From Strigamia acuminata (lineage: Eukaryota), in the NCBI GenBank assembly GCA_949358305.1, contig OX442314.1:30504001-30568000 (forward strand): 64,000 nt of DNA, given 5' to 3'. Under the pieces are notes generated by a model. That model saw only the letters and a program-made list of their open reading frames with translations, had not been told where the DNA came from and searched no databases. Numbering within the stretch: position 1 is the stretch's first letter; each line of letters starts with the position of its first letter. The position numbers were made by a program, and so were the translations under genes. Positions 10,817-23,100 of this stretch are shown in pieces.

Positions 10817-13800
10817 ATGGATAAATACACGGTGGATTTGGATAAGGTGTTGGATGAATTTGAGCAGAATGAAGGTATACATGTTCGTGATTATGAAAAT
10901 TGATGATTTTTCTTGGAAAAAGAAGTGTTTGGATATTTTTTTTTAAGGAAAATTAGTCGTTTTATTTGGATTTGTGGATCAATTTGTATGATTTTGAGTA
11001 AATTTGGTCGTATTTGATGAAATTATTCGCAAATATAGCTCGAATTTGGTCTAATTCCGTGATTTTTTGTTGAAAATAACCAAAACAACTCGCAATATTT
11101 GTGCAAAACGTCAAATTTATTGCTGTTTTTGGCTGTTTATAACTAAAATAAGTATTAATTATGACTCAAAATGACTCAAAAATTCCTTAGATTTCGAAAA
11201 TAATTCAAATATCCAATACTTCTGCTTTAAAACATCAAATTTTTCGAGAAATTCGACGAAATCCGACTTAATTCGATCGAAGATCTCGATTTTCTTAACA
11301 AATATCGCATCTTATTACCAATTACGACCGACAAAAACGTTATTTCACGTCAATTATCGCAAAAATGATTAAAAAACCTCAAAACATTACAACATTTTGT
11401 TCTCTCTTTAGATAACGCGGACCAAATGACCGTCATTCAGCGTCCAAATTCCATTCCAGACCACCACAGTGACGAACAATCAGCCTTAGGAACCCAACGG
11501 ACTCCATCCGGCTTCGATTACCCGTTCGAACCGATGGAAAAATTAGATTTATCCGAAGCCGACTTCGCGGCCTCCCTCAACCCTCCTCAACCCGACGACT
11601 CGATGTCGCTACTTATTGAAAAACCCGTCTCCAACGGCACCAATGCAAACAACTCGCTAACGGTCGAAACGATCGCGTCCAACCTCGAAAAAGAGACGCA
11701 CTCGGACGCCCGCAACGAAGAAATCGCGCCCAAGGACACGAGCAAGCCCAACTTGGTCCAAAACAACCTGATTTCGCTCAACGAGTCGACCCGAAAGCTT
11801 CCAAAAATCAATAACGGCGACCGGTGTCAAAACGGCGCCGAGAAAAACAATAAAACGGCCGAAAACGGACCCGCGGACAAGCCGGAAAAACCACAAGAGG
11901 TCGAAAAACCCGACAACGGACCCGAAAAACCGGAAAACGGACTCGAAAAAACGGAAAACGGACCCGAAAAACCGGAAAACGGACACGGAAACGTCGAAAT
12001 CGTGACCTCGGTCGGTTTCGCCGACGTCGAGATCTCGGAATCCGAATTGGAGGCGCATTTTCGGGACGCCGAAAGGGAGTTGGAGGCCGAAGCGTCGCCG
12101 AAACCGAGGTGCGTCGACGACTCGAGTTCGAGCGAGGAATACTTCTCGCCACTCGCCGAGTTGCGGAGTCCGAATTTGCCGTGCGACCGGTTCGACGCGG
12201 GTTTCCATCGGGCCAAAGACGTCCAGCAGGGGAATATCATGTTTGCGGGTTCTAAGAGCGAGAAAATGGCGGCTGGCGGGGAAACTGTCGTTCGGGGAGT
12301 GGAGGACGAGAAGGTGCGGGATTTTGCGGGGTTTTTAAAGGAGCAGAGGCGGGACGAAGTCACGAATGATAAACTAGTCAGTGAGAATGTTGAAGATGAC
12401 GAGATGATGGATGCAGGAGCCGGGGCGCAGATGAAGCGGCAAAGGCCGACGTGTTTGATGCTGAACGCGGCCGAAACGAGTTTGGGGGCCACGGAGGCGC
12501 TGTTGGATTTTCCTACGCCGGCCAATCCGAGCGGGAGTTATTTGGACGAGTCGTCGTTGTTCGATGGTAATGGAATTTGTAAAACGGAAGTATATATTTG
12601 ATCATAAGCAGAATCAAAAGAAAAAGTCACGTTTTATGCATGTTTTGGTTATTTTTCGGCTTTTCAGGCACATTTCTCGCATGTTTTGGTCACGATTTCG
12701 TCACTTTTTGGCATTTTGGTCATCTAATGTGATGCTTTTGCGAGCCTAAAATGGTCCATAATTTTTCAGCTTATGATCATGTGTATACGGTATTTGCCTC
12801 GTTCACATGCACGCGTGGTTGTTCACACGGTCGTTGCAAATGTGATTATTTAAGGCCAAGTTTTAAAAATATTTATTTATTTATTTATTTATTTTGTATT
12901 TTTATTACTGTATTTTACCGATTAAGAGTCGCCCTCGAATTGTAGCCGCCTTCGAACAATAGCCGTGGCTATTATTTGAGGACGGCTGCAACGCGGTGAT
13001 GCAAAATAGTTCAAATGAACCGCATGTGGACGAAGCCGCTTTGGTGCGCTGTAAAAGGCGGCATCGTAATTGATTGAGTAAAATCCTGCCCACAATCTAT
13101 ATTAAAAGAGTTGGCATATCCGGAAATGTTTAATCACTTCCAGAAGGCTTGGCGGATGAAATTTGACCCACCCATATACATAAAACAATCTAACATTCCC
13201 AAAACAACAAACTTTTCACTCATGAAAAGCGGGATCCACATGATAATGCGAATACTACGTTTATGTCCGACATGAGCGTATTATTTTCATCACGCGCTGT
13301 GATTGGTTGAGACATGCATTGAGATACATTGATGAAAATATTTGGTTCAGTCTATATCAGTAAAAACGAGTAAGGTTAGGTTTGAAGGGGTTAGCCCCCC
13401 CCCCCCTCTCCCCCCATTAAGAAAAAAAGTAGATAAACCCTCGAAAACATCGTTTTGAGAAAACGTGCGTTGAGGAAACTAAACTCTATTCCAAAAAGTA
13501 TTTGAAATACTCCCATTGGAGATTTTGTCTCTAGTTCAGTTGTGTATTGAATATGATGCTGTTTTCAGATTCCATTAGACTTGTGCTGTTTTGTCGCAAT
13601 GCATTTATACTGGTGTTATGAATCTCCCAACCAATGGGAGTATTTCAAATACTTTTTGGAATAGAGTTTAACTGACATCAATAAATCTCAACCAATCACA
13701 GCGCTTCATTAAAGCAATACGTTCATGTCCAACGTGAACATAACCACTACCAAAAAGAATATTGGTGTTGTCAGTTTCTCAATGTTTATCAATTACCAAC

Positions 13801-16800
13801 AGATTCGAGGATGATCACCACCGACGACGTTGATTGCAGCGACGCGTGGAAAGAAGACGAAACGACCGAACTCCCAATCTCAAACACGCCCGACTGGCAC
13901 GGCATCGAAGACTTCCACCTGGGCAAAACCGCTCCTTTCTGGATCCCCGACGCAGAAGCCCCGCTGTGCATGCACTGCAACGTGAAATTCACCGTTCTCA
14001 AACGCCGCCACCACTGCCGAGCGTGCGGACAAGTCCTTTGCTCGCAGTGCTGCGGCGCCAAAGCCAAGCTACCCTTCATGGAGAACCGCGAAGCCCGCGT
14101 GTGCAACCAATGCCACCTGCTTTTAAAACAAGGTTCATTTAGTTTAATTCCACACTCATTTCTATTACAAACGGAGAAAAAAAGCCTCACCGTTACTGAT
14201 AATCGTATTTTTTCTTTCTTTCTTCTATTTCTTCTCTTTTTTGCTTGAATTCTTTGTCCCCTCCATTATTTTTATTTTTATTTTTATACTTAGCTGAACC
14301 ACCATGTGCAGGCTCATTTTTGGCATCAGCTCCTTTAATGAGCCCTTGTCTTCAACCGATTAGTCGTCCCAATCCTAATAATCCTATCGAATATTGCTCT
14401 ACAATCTCGCCGCTTCAACAGGCTATGGCTAGTCCACAAGTCCCGCTGCCCTCTATCATGGTTCCAGTGGGGGTGCTCAAGAGGGAAGGTGAGATAAATT
14501 TGAGACCACACCCCTTTTAATGTTGACGTTTCTTAAAGTGTTGGTAGCTATCGTAGTTTGTCGCTTCGTCGGAAGGGGCTGGGCGCCGCCATTTTGAATT
14601 GCGCAAGATAAAACTGCGTTAACGAAAAATCTATGTCTGGTAAATTGGGTGGCAATTATAAGGGCGTCATTTAATTGGTGTCAATAGATCTTTGGAAAAA
14701 TGAGGTCGGGTGATACGATCATGTGGGTGTTCCCCTCTATGAGAAAAACCATTGCAAAATAACGTTATGACATTGTTAATTTGTAGTTTTTTTATTGTGG
14801 GGGGAGCCAAACTGCATTATGTCATAATTTTCCAATGGTTTATTCAATGTGTGGCAATTATGCGGGGAAGCCGGTTCATCGTACTGACAATTAATCTGGT
14901 AGATGAATTAAACGGATGAAAATTAGACGGCTGAAAATGAATTACTCGTTTAATTGTCCCTCTGATTAATTAGTTTCTGGTTAATTGTCTGTCTGGTGAA
15001 CTGTCTGCCTGGTCAATTGTCTACCCGAATAAATTATGTCTGGTTAATTATAGAATTTTTCAGCGTTTGAAGCGAGTTTAACATGACAACCGTATCGCTT
15101 GCGTTGCTAAAGTGATTGAAGCCCCAGAGCTTCTCATCTATGGCTTTCTTCGAGTTTATTTCACAATATGTTGTATTGCATCTGGGAGAACAAAACAGTG
15201 TCCCATGTTGAACAACGGGATGCCGGTGGGTAGTTTAATCTTAAATCCTCTGGTACAGGGAACAGTCTCCATTTGTTGCATGGTGCTAAAGCTAAGTTTA
15301 CAAGCAAGCGTTGTTGCATCACGCTAGGTTCACACTTGTGTTCACACTAGGGGCGACGCAACGCAAGGAAAAATTAGTCACACGCAACGCAGAGTCAGTT
15401 TTCACTGTAGGACACGTGTGAACAGAGCTGAAAGAATTGATGTTGCATTTGGACAATCAGATGGTTTCAATGAAACCTGGAATTGGATTTAGTTCTAGAA
15501 CTAGTTTCAGAATCCGAAAATTGCGGCCTGTTTGCATGTGGCAAAGACTCGCCAACCAGATGTGAATCGACGAGAGTTGGAGTCGATCATGATTGGTTGG
15601 CCTTGCGCTGCATCGCTTATTTTGACTCGGGAGTTGAAGCAGGAATTGACGTCAACCTCAAGAATTTTTGGACGCAAGCAGCTTGCGTTGCTTTGCGTCT
15701 GGTGTACAAGTACGCAGTACTACCGCGAACTACGAAAAGTACCGCGGTACAGGCTGCGGTACAGTACCGGTACTGTACCGTGCCCAACACTGCACTTGAT
15801 TTAGTTTAAATGCTACCAACACTTTAAGCGAGGTTGTACGCGGCAGTTGTGGGATCGCCTAACAAGGTTTTACCTGCGTAGGTTCCAAAACAAAGGGAGC
15901 TGGCGAGCCCAAGCAGGTGATGTTTTCCGACGGAATCCGTCCTGGTGGGGATTTGACTGAATTGGACGAATTGGAAGAGCCTAGACCACTTTATCGCAGG
16001 CCCGGTCGAATACAAAAGAAAATTGAAAGAACCGCGGGTATGTTTATTTGGGAAAAGTAAAAAAATGAGACATTTGTGTTTGTGCTGTCACTTTTGTAAT
16101 CTATTTGTCTGGTTGGGCTTTTTAAGTAACTGCTGAGGCTTTTTTTTTTTTTAAGATGAAATAAAATTTGGCTTTGCTTTTAAATATTGGTGAATAATGA
16201 GAATTGTTTTGTTTTTGTTGAATAGATTGCAGTTTGTCGGAGGGTAGTCCGATGCATTTAACGCGGTTGCCGGAGTTGCCGTTGCACTTGTCGAATTACG
16301 TGCCGGAAGAGGAGATGCGGTATCCGCCGGTCGTGTTTTGCGATGAAAATGGTTTAGGTGGATGAAATGTTTTTTTTTGTTTTTTTTTTATTTTGTTGGG
16401 TTGTTAATTTTTTTTTTGTTTTTTGTTTTGCAGAGTCCGTGGACACCAATCCGGATCCAATACGAATATTTGAAAAACTTAATGGTATAATTATTTGTTT
16501 TAAGGTTATAGATTTAATTTATGTGGCGGAGAAATTTAGATTTTGAAAAAATTAATTTTTATTTGGAAGATTTTTTATGGGAAAAAAGTGAAGAAAAAAG
16601 TCCTGTAAATTTTTATGTGAAAAATGGATTTTGTATGTGAAAAATGGATTTTTTACGTGAAAAATGAATTTTTTACGTGAAAAATGAATTTTTTACGTGA
16701 AAAATGAATTTTTTACGTGAAAAATGGATTTTTTATGTGAAATATGGATTTTGAACGTGAAAATTGGATTTTTTACGTGAAAATTGGATTTTTTACGTAA

Positions 16801-19648
16801 ATAATGGATTGTTTACGTGAAAAATTGATTTTTTTACGTAAAAAATGGTTTTTTTACGTGAAATAATGCATTTTTAGGTGCAAAAGTACAAAAATGCATT
16901 TTTTTATATGAAAAAAATGCAATTTTTGCATGTATAAATGTACAAGAATTTTAAAAAATGCATTTTTCTGAGAAAAATCAAAATTTTTGGATTTCAAAAA
17001 GTGAACATAACACTCATAATCACTTATAAGCCATAAAAATGCCATTTTTATATCCACAAATGGACTTCGAAAGACTAAAATGCATTATTGGATGCTAAAA
17101 CTTCCTCTTTTAACAAAATTAAACCGTGAATTCAACCCAATTTTACTCTCATTGCAGATCTGAATGAACCACCTATCAAATTTGCCATAAACAAAAATCT
17201 ATTTGTTTTTGTCAAAATAGTTACACGTAAGCTACCAAACACGTTTGATTAATCCAAATACCTTTTACATCTACCAAAAATTCTCAAAAACAGTGCATTG
17301 CTGCCTTGGAAAACTATGTTGGTGCTTTTCTACAAAAGGAATGTGTAATGTTGCTCAAGAAGAAATGATGATTGTTTTGGAATGTTTGCCGGACGAAAAA
17401 GAAATCGCAAGAGATCTATTCTATCATTTCAGCTCGGTCTACGACGATGCGAGCCACGGTATGAGAGTCGTTTGGTGTCTTGCGTGTTTTGCGTCTTTAC
17501 ATGGATTTACATTGCAGGCATTGTGATATCCCACCTCAGCTGTTCCATATTTAACCAGGCTTTTTTATCATCGCGTGACCACGGAGGTTTTTTGTACGTC
17601 AGACCCACTACGCAGTGTCTTAAGCAACTCCCGGTGCCGGATTCCAATTTTTTGGTTGGGATTCTCCTACAGAAATGGGAGATTCCCTGGGCCAAAGTCT
17701 TCCCGCTCCGCCTCATGCTTCGACTTGGGGCCGAGTTCAGTTGTTATCCATGTCCCATTTTGAGTTGCCGCTTTCGAAAACCCGTTTTTTATGAAATCGG
17801 GCACACGATTATGAACATTTTGGCTGTAAGTATGTTTGGAACGTTGTTTCTATTTTCTTTTTTAGGGTTGGTATTTGTGGAGAGTGGCTATTTGCATGAA
17901 ACTTGTGGTATGGTAATTCGTGGTAAATCCATATGAATTAACTACAAATCCATGTGAATTAATTACAAATCTACATGAATCCACTACAAAACCATACGAA
18001 TTGACTATAAATCCATGCGAATTTACTATTAATTCACGTGAATTTACTACAAATCCATATAATTTCACGATAAATCTAAATAAATTCACCATATATCCAT
18101 TTGAATTCACTACAAATCCCACAAATGTAATAACTATCCATTGGAATAACGTATTCAATATCTGTACACATCCATAATATATTTAATAATAATATATAAT
18201 AATGATAATAATAATAATATATTAAATGACCGGTCTCCAGCTGCCTATCTCAACTGACCATAGAACTTCTGTTTAATTTTCTAGGATTTTCGTAATTATC
18301 AATACACGTTACCCAACATTCGTGGTATGAAGATTCACTTGGAAGACAAAAAGACCAGAATCAGATTTCCACGCAACAGATACGACGATGTACGTAGGAA
18401 ACGTAGAAAAGCAAACCTAGAAAAATACATCGAAAAACTTCTAACGAGCCAAAATTTGATTTCAGGTAATGAGGGCTTTGAACAACAGCAACGACCACGT
18501 CTTGGCGTTAGGTAGTAATTACAGCATGGAAGCCGATTCGCACCTGGTGTGCATTCAGAACGAAGATGGCAGTTACCACACGCAGTCTGCGAGCCCGGAG
18601 AAAAGTACGGCCGCCGAGTGACGATTGATTAAAACAAATGAAACTATCGATAAATTTACAGCGATCGGAGCGAGCTTCGTCGTGTTCAGCGGAGCCTTGA
18701 AGTCGTCGACGGGTTTAGTGGCCAAACTGGGCGTAGTTGAGGACGGCGTAATGGTTCAGATTCCACCGGACAAAATGGCCGAATTGCGACAATCCTTACG
18801 CGAGATGAACGATATCGCGTTAAGTTGCGGTCCTATCGACGCCGAAACCCACGACGAAGTGGTTTTCGTGCAGTGGGTGGACGACGATAAGGAATTTAAT
18901 ATTGGGTAGGTTCAATTTCTCGTGAATGTGTTTAAAAGCCGGGACGTTTTTGCGTCCCGAGAGCTGTACTAAGTGCCCTGTGCTGCAGGCAAGTGATCAG
19001 TCTGCGTGGGCAGCTGGTCACCGTGATTTTAGGACCATTTTTGCATCACGACATGATTAATCCACATTGTACTTTTTACTGTACAGTGTGAAGAGTCCGA
19101 TTGACAACATGGCCATGGACGGCGTTCAGAGTATTCGGATACACGGCGGCACGGATTACGCCGGCGAGCGGTGGCTAATCCGATGGACCGAAGTATTCCT
19201 AATTCAAACGGATGAACTGATAAACAGCAGAAGGTAAAACGAGTCTCTCCCCAAGAGTTGCCGTCTCTAGATTAATGCAGTCATTGCTAGGTCTGAGCCC
19301 GTAAACATCAGTAGATTGTCGGAGAAGCTGGCGCAAGCGTTTTGTATGGCACTAACTTCGCATTTAGAGTCCCTGAAAGTGGCTAACATGACTAAACTTG
19401 GTTTGAGGGCAACTGTTGATACAGAAAATGTAAGTATTGTTGTAATTTTAACACTTGCTGTTATTAAATGATTTGTGTTTTGTTGTTGTTAGGTTGGGTA
19501 TGAAGTTGGATCTCTGAGCGACAAACTCCCCGCTGTGTATATGAACGATTTAGATAGTAATTTGATTCCGGTCATTCACCGTGCCGTGTCCACGACACAG
19601 GAAGGGCCTGTTACGTTAGAATTAATTTTTCATGTTCTAGAGCAATGA
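10817..19648 (+). CDS. Sara: SARA/endofin (ZFYVE9/ZFYVE16) FYVE-domain Smad anchor; join(10817-10874,11412-12566,13803-14132,14294-14488,15882-16037,16226-16357,16434-16484,17158-17226,17294-17458,17518-17825,18285-18389,18466-18604,18662-18905,19087-19233,19291-19429,19493-19648), about 1182 aa
   Basis: N-terminus [23 protein letters not shown] finger WIPD..CMHC..F...[12 protein letters not shown]; Smad-binding [21 protein letters not shown]1-binding KQVMFSDG; C-terminal SARA domain ([46 protein letters not shown]). All introns are GT-AG, phases are consistent and the total of 3549 nt is divisible by 3. Confidence 0.95.
11412..12566 (+). CDS. Sara: Sara large exon: acidic/disordered N-terminal region with ENGPEKP repeats
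   Basis: Open frame in phase with the flanking exons; donor G|GTAATG at 12567. Confidence 0.85.
13480..13670. mobile_element. small foldback MITE nested in the 13256-13745 element (Sara intron)
   Basis: Perfect inverted repeat of about 40 bp, TAAACTCTATTCCAAAAAGTATTTGAAATACTCCCATTGG. Confidence 0.8.
13803..14132 (+). CDS. Sara: Sara FYVE-domain exon
   Basis: WxxD, RRHHCR and RVC FYVE signatures. Confidence 0.97.
14294..14488 (+). CDS. Sara: Sara Smad-binding-domain exon
   Basis: [19 protein letters not shown]...[10 protein letters not shown]. Confidence 0.95.
16610..16865. repeat. 20-bp tandem repeat in a Sara intron
   Basis: GTGAAAAATGGATTTTTTAC, about 12 copies. Confidence 0.9.
17925..18125. 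repeat. degenerate 21-bp tandem repeat
   Basis: AATCCATATGAATTAACTACA variants. Confidence 0.8.
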
Positions 19649-19825
19649 GGAATCTCTAGAACGTTTTTTTCTCTCCCCGTGCCGGAGTTAAGTCGGTGCA
19701 ATCTTGATTTTTCCAAGATGACCCGGTACCAACCGTAGAGTTAATTGTATATAATATTAAAAGAATTATGGTTTTGTCAAATCTACTAATTGCATGATAT
19801 CATTCAGATGTAAACTACGATTTAA

Positions 19826-19831
19826 AATAAA
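19826..19831 (+). terminator. Sara polyadenylation signal AATAAA
   Basis: First AATAAA about 180 nt after the stop codon. Confidence 0.55.
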
Positions 19832-19903
19832 TAACATTTTTATATGTTAACGTCTAACGAAAGCCGTTATTTGGTGCATCCGAAAAGTCAGTTTAAAATT
19901 ATT

Positions 19904-20078
19904 CAGTCAAACCTCGTTATAACGAACCGCAATATAACAAATTTTTTGTTATAACGAAAACTTAAAAATGGCTTGGTTGGCCATAGAACACCATGTTAAA
20001 AAATTTGATATAACGAACTTTTGTTTTAATGACCAAATTCTCGGGTCCTTTGTGATTCGTTATAACGAGGCTCAACTT
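19904..20078. mobile_element. pogo/Tigger MITE (same family as 21201-21770)
   Basis: CAGTCAAACCTCGTTATAACGAA / TTCGTTATAACGAGGCTCAAC ends; shared internal GGCCATAGAACACCATGTTAAA. Confidence 0.8.
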
Positions 20079-20116
20079 TAATAGTATTGGGAACGCATTT
20101 CGTAATACATTTGACA

Positions 20117-23100
20117 TTATGAACATTTTAATGTTTTGGCGTATTCAATGCTAATTGTCAACCCTACAATATTACCCACAGTGCTTAACCAGCAAATTAG
20201 GTATTTGAATGCACAATTGACTGTATCATTATGAATAGTTGGAGCGTGTTTCATCAAATCCGCTGTCCGACATGGATGGAGTTGGTAGTAAGGTCTCTTA
20301 AACACAGGATGTATCTGAAAATAATTATAAGATATAAGCATATTGATAAATTCTGGTGAAATACTGAAATATGTACAAACTTGTTGAGTTACTGTTGTCC
20401 ATTTCAAATCCATTGAAAGTGGGTGATGAGATGTGCACATTTTATCCCATATGGCTTCTATAGGTAAACGATTACCATCTACACAGAAAAATAGCAATAT
20501 TTGAAATTTAAAACTACTACCACAATAAGAGTACACAAAATTCTGTTTTTACACGGTAGATAAGGTGCGGCACAAAAAATTAGAAACACGTGAAATTTGT
20601 TAGTTTTGAAATGATCTTTTTATTTTATGGTTTTCTAACCTATTCCAATCGTTTTTTCACATCCAAATAAGCAAGAAACCTTGTTTTTTAACATGGAAAC
20701 TTTTAATTTTAATTTCAAAAGAAATGGTGTAAAAACGGAATTGAATTTATTTTTCTAGAAACGTGTTAAATCAAAATCTGGTAAAAAAAAATAAAGATCG
20801 TGTAAAGGGAGAATAGGATGTATTTTTAGTGGTCATGACCCGGGGTAAATAAACAACAATCTTTTGGTCATACGGTGTAAATTACTTTTAATGATGAGTT
20901 TATTGTTGTTTATTTACTTTATTTTAGCATTATTAGGCCTAATATTAGGCTTAATACTGCTAAATAATTACTGGAATTAGAAAATTGTGTGCGCAGAATG
21001 GGATGCGCAGTACGAATTTAACATCAAGATACCGAGCAAACTGTAGGTTGGGTCCAGACATCGTGCCGGTGTTAATTTCTTTTTTTCACAATCTTGAGTG
21101 CCCACGCGCTATTCTGATCATTTTTTAGGGTTTGAATTTCACCATTTTATTTTTTTAACATTAAAAAATACATGCGGCCCAATACACATGGGTGCGGGTA
21201 CAGTCGAAACTCTTTATAACGAATCGCGATATAACGAATTATCGCTATAACGAATTGCTGAAAATGACTTGGTTGGCCAGCCATAGAACACCATGTTAAA
21301 TATTTTCGTTATAACGAATTTCGATATAACGAATTATTCGTTATAACAAACAAGTTTCATCAGGTACACTATAATACCCATAAGCTCTCGTTACAACGAA
21401 TTTTCAAAACTGATCACATCACTCACAACATCCGATGTCCATGTTTAGAAAACAAAGGAAAATGAAAATGGCTGCCAAATGAAAGGCAATTTTGATTTAC
21501 GACAAGCTGAACATTATTGATGCCATTGACAATGGCAAGAAGCCATCAATTATAGCAGAGGAGTTTAATTTGTCCTGTTCTACAATTTCAACAATTTTAA
21601 GGAATCGGAATAAAATTAACATGAAACTTGCAAGTGGTAATCAAGGTTTACAAAAAAAAAGTGCTTGGTACTAAAATTTGATTTTTTCACCTAATTCGTT
21701 TTAACGAATTCTCGTTATAACGAATCGATTCGTCCGGTCCCTTGCGATTCGTTATAAAGAGTTTCGACTGTAGTATATGATGAGTTGTGCAGGGTGGCGG
21801 GTGTAACTCCTCTGAGAACGTCTCCTGTCCCGCCCGGACAGATTACACCGTAGTTATCGCATTAACCAATTCGACCAATCCAATATTATGAACAAAATGA
21901 AATTTTAGTAATAGACATAAACGTACCTTGTGTCCAAGCTGTAAAATACAATACAGGTGTACAATAGGCAATACTGTAAACTATATGATATTCATAAGTC
22001 AGAAACTGTTTTGGAAGTTCATTCACCGTAGACCGATCAGACTGAACAAACAAGCCGGTTACTTTTGCTATCGGTAAATAAATAATCCACCTTACCGATA
22101 TACATTCTTCGCAATCATCCATTACATTATCCTGTGAGTCAACATCTATTGCAGTGAGTGTTCTTTTTTCTAAATAGAAGCAATCTGGTTCTTCAATACC
22201 CTGAAAAAAAAATTGTCCTAAAAGTTTTGATGGAATTCACTCTGAAGCAGCTAATAGTAGTAGTAGTGCCGGTGGTTCAGCTTTATAAAGGTCAAAAGAA
22301 TCCATTTAATCTATCGAGCCTTTGCAACTCTTTACTCCAATGCAGTCTCTTTAAGTTTAAATATTTAAATATGCATTCAAAAATGATTCTTCCTCCACAA
22401 AGTTTATGAAAATAATAGCTATAGTTTGAACAGTATTGTAACTGCAAGTTGAGATTCAATTTTAAGGTTATTAAAAATCGCTGCAGTGAGTGCATGGAAT
22501 CTGGAACCAAAATCATCGGGGCACATGTTCACAAATGACGATTTGCACCTGCTTGTGCCTACAAATGGTGCGTGTATCTCGTTTCACATTAAATAGTAAT
22601 CTGTTTTAATAGAATAGGGTCCTGTCAATGCTCTATTGACAGAACCTAGATTTAGATATTGAATTTAATCGGTTTGGTCAATTTAAACATTTATTTTGGT
22701 TTATTTAGATATTAAATTCAGTTGTTGTAAAGGAATCCCATATGGTTCAAAAATGTATTACAAAATTCTTCTCGTGAAACCCAATGCATATCAAAATACA
22801 TTGCAATATAATTTCAATGTATTTTTTAACCATAAGGGCATCTGCTGTACATGTGTGGTGTTGTGTGTTAACAAAAAAAAACTGTCACAGCAAAATCTAG
22901 CTTTAGAGTGCTGTATCTCAAATTCTAACAAATTCTAACATGGCGGCACTTGGCATTAAAGCCTTTTTGTTCACTTTCATGTATAAATACAAGGTTCTTG
23001 TGTTAAAAATTTAACCGCTAACACAGTAGCAGTACTACAACCATATTGGTTCCTAAGGTGACATGACACATCGGTCTTACCACAGACCTAAATACACTAG

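Noticed and set aside
11587..12525. Long antisense ORFs (up to 232 aa) over the Sara large exon
   Set aside because: Expected shadow of a GC-rich, repeat-containing coding exon; no independent start, splice or homology evidence
19261..19290. Three YAG acceptors spaced 10 nt apart in a 57-nt Sara intron
   Set aside because: The first two would give 37- and 47-nt introns and frameshifts; minimal intron length probably explains use of the third
21468..21674. CENP-B-like ORF as a domesticated host gene
   Set aside because: In-frame stop at codon 5, truncated before the catalytic domain, and enclosed by TIRs and a TA duplication; a transposon remnant
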